DNA of 48,968 nucleotides from IMG/VR virus record IMGVR_UViG_3300045941_000175; one strand, given 5' to 3'. A program made the translations under genes and the position numbers. Below are positions 7,891-13,045 of this stretch, piece by piece. The notes beneath the pieces were generated by a model. That model searched no databases. It saw only the letters and a list, made by a program, of their open reading frames with translations, and was not told the origin of the DNA. This DNA is from a virus. Within the stretch, counting starts at the first letter, position 1. Every line of letters begins with the position of its first letter.

Positions 7891-7970
7891 CGCAAGCCCA
7901 GGCGGCCGGCTTTTTGGAGCTCGGCCGCCTGATCGTGCGCTTAAGCACGGCAACGAAAGGAGCGAAGACC
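7890..7970 (+). promoter_or_regulatory. Early-operon structured cassette, copy 6
   Basis: GCGCAAGCC, then AGGCGGCCG/CGGCCGCCT hairpin, then ATCGTGC-gcttaa-GCACG, then GCAAC, then GAAAGGAGCGAAGACC, then ATG at 7971. Confidence 0.7.
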
Positions 7971-8207
7971 ATGCCTATTGATTGGGACGACCCGGCCGCC
8001 CGCGGCCGGTTGATCGAAAGAGTCGGCGCCGAGGAATACAGCCGACTCCTTGCAATCCACTTCAAGCAAAGCACCCTTGCGACCATCAACGGCCACGCAA
8101 TTCGGCCGGTTATGTCGCGCTTCGGGCGCCTGTTTTCGGTGGGAAACACTAACCGCGCTTTTGCCACCCTGGGCGAGGCGGCCGCCTTTGCGAGGGCAAC
8201 GCCATGA
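7971..8207 (+). CDS. Hypothetical protein (78 aa)
   Basis: MPIDWDDPAARGRLIERVGAEEYSRLL... starts after the cassette SD. Trimmed from track ORF 7914..8207. Confidence 0.6.
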   Translation: MPIDWDDPAARGRLIERVGAEEYSRLLAIHFKQSTLATINGHAIRPVMSRFGRLFSVGNTNRAFATLGEAAAFARATP

Positions 8208-8527
8208 GCATCGACGGCAAAGCAATCGCCTACGGCGCCCTTTTCCTGGCGGCCGTAGCGGTGGCCCTGGCCGGCCACCTCATAACCCCGCCGGCCGCAA
8301 CCCCGCCGCGACCTATCCCAGCGATTAAGCCGATGGACATGGGCCGGCACCTTGAGGAAATGATCGACCGGCAACAGAGTCGGGACCTTAACAGCCTGGG
8401 CAAGATCGGCCCCGAGCACGATGCCTGGATCCTGAAACGCTACCAGAAGCCGGCACCGGCGCCGCAACCTGCAAAACCACCGGACACCCGAGTCCGGCCG
8501 CGGCCCTTGATATTTCAGACGACCTAA
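8204..8527 (+). CDS. Hypothetical membrane-anchored Pro-rich protein (107 aa)
   Basis: ATGA overlap with the upstream gene. N-terminal TM segment AIAYGALFLAAVAVALAGHLI. Confidence 0.55.
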   Translation: MSIDGKAIAYGALFLAAVAVALAGHLITPPAATPPRPIPAIKPMDMGRHLEEMIDRQQSRDLNSLGKIGPEHDAWILKRYQKPAPAPQPAKPPDTRVRPRPLIFQTT

Positions 8528-8578
8528 CGAAACCGGCCGCGAGCGATCGCGGCCGGCCACTCCCCCGCCCGCCCGGCA

Positions 8579-8600
8579 CCCGCCGCGGCGGGCTTTTTTT
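8579..8600 (+). terminator. Rho-independent terminator ending the rightward early operon
   Basis: Palindromic stem cccgccgcggcggg (8579-8592) followed by c plus T7. It is preceded by a second perfect 10-bp hairpin, ccggccgcga/tcgcggccgg, at 8533-8556. Confidence 0.8.
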
Positions 8601-8627
8601 GCGCCGACCGGCGCCGGCCGGCCCAAG

Positions 8628-8679
8628 CCTGGACGGGCAGCCCGATTCAACAAAACCTGGACGGGCAGCCCGATTCAAC
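8628..8679. repeat. Perfect 24-bp direct repeat x2 separated by AAAA (28-bp period)
   Basis: cctggacgggcagcccgattcaac at 8628-8651 and again at 8656-8679, in the non-coding gap between the early-operon terminator and the moron island. Confidence 0.9.
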
Positions 8680-8688
8680 GTGGGCCGG

Positions 8689-9012
8689 TTATTTTTGCCG
8701 CATCGCATTGCCCTTGGCGTCGAGAACGACGCGAAGGCAAGAGAACCGGACGCGAGCATCGGGTTCGATAAATTTTTCGTGCACCCGGCGCATCCAGAGA
8801 CAATGGCCAGGCCCGCCGGAGCCGACAAAGACCAGCGCATCGGCCGGAAACCGTGGCGAGCGCGGGTTAGGCACAGGAACGGCAAGCCCCGAGCGCTCAC
8901 GCATCAAGACGCTCGCCTCCGTGGACGCCAAGAGCTTAGGCGCAGGCGCAGCCTTAGGCTGGGGCGCGAGGGTGGCGATCGCGATGACGGAAACCAGAAA
9001 GACCCAGCGCAA
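8689..9012 (-). CDS. Secreted hypothetical protein (about 107 aa; TTG start proposed)
   Basis: A TTG start at 9012 gives MRWVFLVSVIAIATLAPQPKAAP..., which is signal-peptide-like. The track ATG at 9138 would add an Arg/His-rich extension that looks non-coding. Confidence 0.45.
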   Translation of the reverse strand: MRWVFLVSVIAIATLAPQPKAAPAPKLLASTEASVLMRERSGLAVPVPNPRSPRFPADALVFVGSGGPGHCLWMRRVHEKFIEPDARVRFSCLRVVLDAKGNAMRQK

Positions 9013-9178
9013 AGGCTCGATCAGATGATCCCGAGCAAGTATGCGATGGCGAGCGGCGGGCCAAGTATCGCGGTCAATGCGAGACACGCGAGCCAGCAGG
9101 CGCCGATTGTGAAGCAAATTCCGATGGTCGCGCTGCACAGGTAGCCTCTAACGCGCTGCAAGCAAATCCTCCGCAATG

Positions 9179-9209
9179 AAAAAGGCCGGACGGGGGCGCC
9201 CGTCCGGCC
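9179..9209 (-). terminator. Rho-independent terminator after the PEP-CTERM gene pair
   Basis: 11-bp stem ggccggacggg/cccgtccggcc with loop ggcg. On the minus strand it is followed by TTTTT (plus-strand A-run 9179-9183). Confidence 0.75.
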
Positions 9210-9217
9210 TGGATGGT

Positions 9218-9787
9218 TCAAGCGGTTGCGAGACGACCGCGGGTAAAGAACGCCCGGATCTTTTCGCGATTGCTTACACCGAACAGCGCAGCCAAGCCGC
9301 TGAGAAACAGCCACACGGCGGCAGGCAGCGGCACCGGCGGCGGGACGGTGGCAAGGTTGCCGCCGTAGCCGGACGTGCCGTTGGCAAAGCCCGCTATGTT
9401 GAGGAAGTAATCCCCCGCAAGCAGGAAAGCCGAGCCGGCCATACCCTGACAATTCGGGATGGGTCCGCAGCCGAGTACGGCAAGGACCGGCCCGATGACG
9501 GTTGCGCCAGGAATTGCCGGCGTTCCCGCAATCACCGACGCATTAAAGCCGGTGATGAAGTCAGAGGCTTGCGCAAAGACGTTGGTCACGGACGCGATGG
9601 TCAGTGTCGCGTTTTGCGTCAGGTGGAAGGTGTATTGATCCGAAAACGCGCCGACGAGTGCGCCCAACGAGTGATTGAAGGCACCAGCCGCCGATGTCGG
9701 ATCATCACCGAAGCTAGTGATGGTTGCCGCCTTGAGTGGCGTTGCAAGCGCCACCAATGCAGCAATAGCAAAGACAACTCTCCTCAT
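9218..9787 (-). CDS. Secreted protein with VPLPA-CTERM/PEP-CTERM-type C-terminal sorting signal (189 aa)
   Basis: N-terminal signal peptide MRRVVFAIAALVALATPLKA. C-terminus is VPPPVPLPAAVWLFLSGLAALFGVSNREK, which is motif, TM helix and basic tail. Confidence 0.75.
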   Translation of the reverse strand: MRRVVFAIAALVALATPLKAATITSFGDDPTSAAGAFNHSLGALVGAFSDQYTFHLTQNATLTIASVTNVFAQASDFITGFNASVIAGTPAIPGATVIGPVLAVLGCGPIPNCQGMAGSAFLLAGDYFLNIAGFANGTSGYGGNLATVPPPVPLPAAVWLFLSGLAALFGVSNREKIRAFFTRGRLATA

Positions 9788-9802
9788 GAGAAGGTCCTTT
9801 CG

Positions 9803-10507
9803 TTATGCCCGCTGAGATCGTCCCGCATCGGGCGACGGGTCGTTGTTTTTGCGGCGTCTGTTCAGCAGGTACAAACCAACGAGACCTGTGCCGAACAACC
9901 AAACGGCGCCCGGAATTGGCACTTCCGGAACACTGAAAGGCGTGGGACCGCCGCTAAGATCGACAAAGCCAGTGCGGCCATTCGTGCCGCTCAAAATGTC
10001 GAGCACCATGAACGCCAAGGTATCCCCCGGCGGAGTGGTTGACAGTTCAGCGAAGCTCGCCAGCGTGAGACCGGCGCCGCTGATTGAGAACGACGCAGAG
10101 GTGGGACCATTGCCCCCGCTCCATGTCCCCTCGATGCCGTATTCAAAGTTGCCGAAGCCATCGGCGGCAAGAACCCCGGCGTTTTGCTGGTTGACCGGGA
10201 TCACACCGGGAATCGAGAACGATGCCGATAGGCCGGAGTAGGTGATCGTTGGATTGCCGACCAGGTTGAAACCAAAGACGACGTCCTGCCCGCCATTGGC
10301 AAAATTGTTGCCATTGAGAAAGGCGATCGCAATATCGATGGTGCCATTTTCATGATCGGTTGCGGTGATGGTGGCAAAGCCGTTGGCTTGCGGGCCGCAC
10401 AGATTGGTACAGTGATCGGAGAAAAAAGTGCCCGTCGCGACCGTGACACCCTTGGCCGGCAGCGTTGTGGCGGCGAGCAGCGCCGCGAGCAGCAGGATTT
10501 TTCGCAT
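9803..10507 (-). CDS. Secreted protein with PEP-CTERM-type C-terminal sorting signal (234 aa)
   Basis: Signal peptide MRKILLLAALLAATTLPAKG. C-terminus is VPEVPIPGAVWLFGTGLVGLYLLNRRRK. AAGGAGG SD upstream of the ATG at 10507. Confidence 0.75.
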   Translation of the reverse strand: MRKILLLAALLAATTLPAKGVTVATGTFFSDHCTNLCGPQANGFATITATDHENGTIDIAIAFLNGNNFANGGQDVVFGFNLVGNPTITYSGLSASFSIPGVIPVNQQNAGVLAADGFGNFEYGIEGTWSGGNGPTSASFSISGAGLTLASFAELSTTPPGDTLAFMVLDILSGTNGRTGFVDLSGGPTPFSVPEVPIPGAVWLFGTGLVGLYLLNRRRKNNDPSPDAGRSQRA

Positions 10508-10606
10508 GGGGCCTCCTTTGTAAGGGTAGCGTTAAGCAAAAGCTTGACACACACGCCGGCACCTCCGCAAGGGGGGAGGTATAAATTTGGGGAAAAGAAC
10601 CATTAA

Positions 10607-10636
10607 CCTTGACAGGCGTCAAGGCCACACTTAACA
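10607..10636 (+). promoter_or_regulatory. Operator palindrome CCTTGAC-aggc-GTCAAGG overlapping a candidate promoter (CTTGAC-N17-TTAACA)
   Basis: Palindrome at 10607-10624. The same TAACCTTGAC-N4-GTCAAG unit recurs at 47395-47413. It lies upstream of the XRE operon. Confidence 0.45.
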
Positions 10637-10770
10637 AGGACCTATCACGCCGGCCGGATTTGTATGGTCTCCTTCCGGTGTTTTGCATCATGCGCCCGGC
10701 CGGTTTCCCAAATCCCATCGCCGCTGCGGGCGACCGGACCGGGCGCATGTTCGCATGTAGGATAAACCGC

Positions 10771-10992
10771 ATGCCACACCCCAAAAGCAAAAAGCCGATC
10801 GACCCGATCATCCGGAAATTGCGGGAAAGGCGCATCGCTAAAGGCTTGAGCCAATACGAATTGGCCCGCCGGCTTGGCTACACCGATGGCCTGGTTTGCC
10901 TGTGGGAGACCGGCCGCTATCGTCCGCGCCGGCAAGCCCTGGTCGATTGGTGCACAGGCCTGGGCGTCGAACCGCCTCGCGACGGCACATGA
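10771..10992 (+). CDS. XRE/Cro-CI family helix-turn-helix regulator (73 aa)
   Basis: ...IRKLRERRIAKGLSQYELARRLGYTDGLVCLWETGRYRP... is a classic HTH_3 pattern. Start trimmed to the ATG at 10771. Confidence 0.75.
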   Translation: MPHPKSKKPIDPIIRKLRERRIAKGLSQYELARRLGYTDGLVCLWETGRYRPRRQALVDWCTGLGVEPPRDGT

Positions 10993-11093
10993 AAACAGAC
11001 CGCATCAAGCTTTGGATGGCGATTTCCGCGCTGGCCTTGCTCGCCTATGTCGCTTTCGTGATCTGGTACATCGGCCTTGTCGTGGTCCGATGA
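10989..11093 (+). CDS. Small membrane protein (34 aa)
   Basis: MKTDRIKLWMAISALALLAYVAFVIWYIGLVVVR. ATGA overlaps on both sides. Confidence 0.45.
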   Translation: MKTDRIKLWMAISALALLAYVAFVIWYIGLVVVR

Positions 11094-11353
11094 AACGTAA
11101 GCGGCCGCATACCGGCATGAGCGCCGACGACGTCAAGATCGCGGTCGCAGCGCTCGGCCTGTCAGTCAAGGCGATCGCCGCGTCATTCGGCGTGCATGAG
11201 CGAACCGTCTGGACCTGGATGGCGTGGGGAGCTCCCGGCCATATCGCGATTGCGCTCGAGACCTGGCTTGCCGGAGACATCACCGGCAAACAGGTCAAGA
11301 AATTCCTGCGCAAAATCGGCAAGTCTCGCGATGACGGAGACCGTTACCGATGA
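11090..11353 (+). CDS. Putative HTH DNA-binding protein (87 aa)
   Basis: ...LSVKAIAASFGVHERTVWTWMAWG... is HTH-like. ATGA-coupled to both neighbours. Confidence 0.55.
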   Translation: MKRKRPHTGMSADDVKIAVAALGLSVKAIAASFGVHERTVWTWMAWGAPGHIAIALETWLAGDITGKQVKKFLRKIGKSRDDGDRYR

Positions 11354-11556
11354 CCGAGGAGGAGGCCACCAAACGCGGCTGGAAGCGGGAGCGGTGCTTT
11401 TGTTGCCACGGCACCGGTCAGGTCAGTGACTATGGCCCTTTCGGTATGGATTTTGAGGGACCCAAGGAATGCGATATGTGCGCCGGCGGCGGGTCCTATT
11501 GGGTCACGCCCAGCGGCCGAGCTCATGCCCAATGGCCAGGCGGTCCGTTCTGTTGA
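11350..11556 (+). CDS. DnaJ-type zinc-finger (CxxCxGxG x2) protein (68 aa)
   Basis: CFCCHGTGQV...CDMCAGGG. ATGA overlap with the upstream gene. Confidence 0.6.
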   Translation: MTEEEATKRGWKRERCFCCHGTGQVSDYGPFGMDFEGPKECDMCAGGGSYWVTPSGRAHAQWPGGPFC

Positions 11557-11673
11557 CATAGATCAACATATAGCGTGAACGGACGTAGAACGCCGATTCG
11601 ATCTACATATAGTACCATACCCTAATACCGTCTTCGCATGCGCGAGATCTTGGAAATTCCGGAATGCAGGGTT

Positions 11674-11880
11674 TCAGCGGCGATGCTCTGCGCGGTGACA
11701 AGGCCGGCACAGCCATACGACCTCGAGCGGCTTTGAATAGTTGGGGTGATGTTTCTCGACGAACCTTTCCCCGCCGCATTGCCGGCATGGCTCCGGGGTC
11801 AGCTTGCCGCGCCGCTGATAAACCTTTGCAATTCCTCTAGCTCTAACCTTTTGGGTGTATTCGTCTGGATGCGTCCGCAT
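11674..11880 (-). CDS. Small HNH-like zinc-binding protein (68 aa)
   Basis: CRQCGG...EKHHPNYSKPLEVVWLCRPCHRAEH resembles a recurrent small phage HNH/zinc-ribbon motif (recalled from memory). Confidence 0.55.
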   Translation of the reverse strand: MRTHPDEYTQKVRARGIAKVYQRRGKLTPEPCRQCGGERFVEKHHPNYSKPLEVVWLCRPCHRAEHRR

Positions 11881-12024
11881 ATCACCCTTGGGGTGAAAGG
11901 GTGACAGGGCACATGGCTGCGTCAGATTCGGACGTAGCCCTCACCAAAGTTTCTGCGACCACTTGACCCACGCAGGTGCGCGAGGCCATAAAGGAACACA
12001 AGGAAGAGATCGAGAGGTTGCGCG

Positions 12025-12135
12025 GTGGCACTCACTGATCGCCAACAGATCGCCCGCCGAGGCAAGCTGACGGCCGGCGACCCGTCATTCGTCCCGAAAG
12101 ACTTCTCCGACAACTGGGCCGTCCAACTTGCGCCA
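12025..12135 (+). pseudogene. Remnant of a YqaJ-like exonuclease 5' end (internally deleted copy of the start of gene 14814..15635)
   Basis: (GTG)ALTDRQQIARRGKLT-AGDPSFVPKDFSDNWAVQL aligns with MALSERQEIARKGKMT[22 aa]GDPSFKPPDYSNNFAVQL. Shared nt strings include gccgtccaact. There is no exonuclease body downstream. Confidence 0.6.
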
Positions 12136-12222
12136 GGTCCGCATGTAGGCGTTGTGGCAAAGCCGGCAGTATCGTTGTCCCTTCATTGGCTCGGCGGCAC
12201 GGCATTTGCTGCAGTCTGCCAT
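12085..12222 (-). CDS. Small zinc-ribbon protein (45 aa), below the ORF-track cutoff
   Basis: MADCSKCRAAEPMKGQRYCRLCHNAYMRTWRKL... The ATG shares 1 nt with the upstream TGA (TGATG). Its 3' end is antisense to the exonuclease remnant. Confidence 0.5.
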   Translation of the reverse strand: MADCSKCRAAEPMKGQRYCRLCHNAYMRTWRKLDGPVVGEVFRDE

Positions 12223-12659
12223 CAAAGCCTCCGCAGCCGGCATAGGGTCCGCGTCTTCTCCCAAGCGACAAACGCCGGGCTTGGGTTCCTTGCTCCTTCG
12301 AATTCAATTCGATCCCTTCTTAGGGTTTCAGTGGGTTTAAGTAAGGTTTCATGCTTGTCAGAGAGCAGACAAGGGTCCCTTGTCAGAGTGTGACAAGGGT
12401 CCTTGTCAGCAGTGACAAGGGTCAGCTTCGACGTCCTGCCCGACCTCTCCTGCCGTATGACAAGACCTTTTTCGATCAGCCGGCGAAGGGTCCGGTTGAT
12501 TTCGCTGCGTGAGATCCCCAGGCGCCGGCTTACAAAGGTCAGCGACGGGAAACATTCATGCGGTGGCTTGATGGCATGGTCGGCCAGAGCAACCAGCACC
12601 AGCTTGTCGAGCGGTCGTAGTTTTTGGTCGAGAGCCCAGCGAACAGGGTGGATCGGCAT
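12222..12659 (-). CDS. Winged-helix DNA-binding protein, candidate replication initiator (145 aa)
   Basis: N-terminal ...LDKLVLVALADHA...FPSLTFVSRRLGISRSEINRTLRRLIEKGLVIRQ is wHTH-like. GGGAGGA SD. Codons 79-102 are encoded by the repeat array at 12354-12423. Confidence 0.6.
   Translation of the reverse strand: MPIHPVRWALDQKLRPLDKLVLVALADHAIKPPHECFPSLTFVSRRLGISRSEINRTLRRLIEKGLVIRQERSGRTSKLTLVTADKDPCHTLTRDPCLLSDKHETLLKPTETLRRDRIEFEGARNPSPAFVAWEKTRTLCRLRRL
12354..12423. repeat. Iteron-like array: three about 23-bp units of alternating CTTGTC / GACAAG(GGTC) dyads inside the wHTH gene
   Basis: CTTGTC at 12354, 12379 and 12402. GACAAGGGTC at 12368, 12392 and 12414. Palindromes at 12368-12384 and 12392-12407. 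Flanked at 12300-12350 by an AT-richer stretch. Confidence 0.8.
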
Positions 12660-12823
12660 GGCTTTTCCTCCCGGAAATGCCGGTTAAAGGGGTGGCTTGA
12701 CAGATTTTGTGGGGTGTTTAGTTTGCTGGGCGATTGACCTCCTGACTCCGGCTGAACCTGCCGGTTTTGTTTGGTCTTTCTCCGGAGGGCGGTCCCACAA
12801 GGGCCGCCCTCGTTGCATTCCGG

Positions 12824-13021
12824 TCAGGCTACGTCGTCAGGCTGAAACTTGTCGAGCTGATTTTCAATGTTTCCTCGGCCAACAACTTCGGCTGTTCGCT
12901 CACAAAGCTCTAAGGCTTCTTCGAGGCTCAATTCACGCTTGGGCCGCGTGTGCCAGATAAAGCGACACAGCAGCAGTTTTTCCTCTTTGCGAATCTCGTC
13001 GGCCCAATTCGTCAGCGCCAC
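12824..13021 (-). CDS. Hypothetical protein (65 aa, GTG start)
   Basis: GGAGGG SD 4-5 nt upstream of the GTG at 13021. Confidence 0.5.
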   Translation of the reverse strand: MALTNWADEIRKEEKLLLCRFIWHTRPKRELSLEEALELCERTAEVVGRGNIENQLDKFQPDDVA

Positions 13022-13045
13022 AATTCCCTCCGTGGTTACGCCAGT

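Noticed and set aside
4946-7970. Interpretation of the six cassettes as integron attC sites, sigma-54 or phage-RNAP promoters, or ssDNA (Frpo-like) promoters
   Set aside because: No RYYYAAC/GTTRRRY core pairs occur, and there is no GG-N10-GC spacing. The variable hairpin length rules out fixed -35/-10 spacing. No phage RNA polymerase or integrase is encoded. G.U pairs and strand-specific covariation favour an RNA-level element.
8628-8679. Possible mini-CRISPR array
   Set aside because: There are only two repeat copies and the spacer is 4 nt (AAAA). There is no leader and there are no cas genes. It is a simple tandem direct repeat.
9021-9140. Small hydrophobic ORF (...CSATIGICFTIGACWLACLALTAILGPPLAIAYLLGII) upstream of the secreted-protein gene
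   Set aside because: The hydrophobic part has no ATG, GTG or TTG start. Only a CTG after AGAGG is available. The long track ORF 9021..9452 is antisense to the PEP-CTERM gene. This is too uncertain to annotate.
10543-10590. TTGACA ... TATAAA pair as a plus-strand promoter upstream of the operator dyad
   Set aside because: The spacing between the boxes is about 30 nt, too long for a sigma-70 promoter. The segment more likely contains the 5' UTR and hairpin of the leftward PEP-CTERM gene.
11922-12113. Minus-strand ORF (63 aa) between the HNH-like gene and the zinc-ribbon ORF
   Set aside because: It is antisense to the exonuclease-remnant sequence. It has no SD and a poor composition. The region is better explained as a decayed recombination junction.
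12697-12960. Plus-strand ORF (87 aa) downstream of a good CTTGAC-N17-TAGTTT box at 12696-12724
   Set aside because: The translation is Cys/Arg-rich and lacks an SD. It is antisense to the better-supported 65-aa gene. The promoter-like box may drive an antisense RNA, but I cannot support a CDS.
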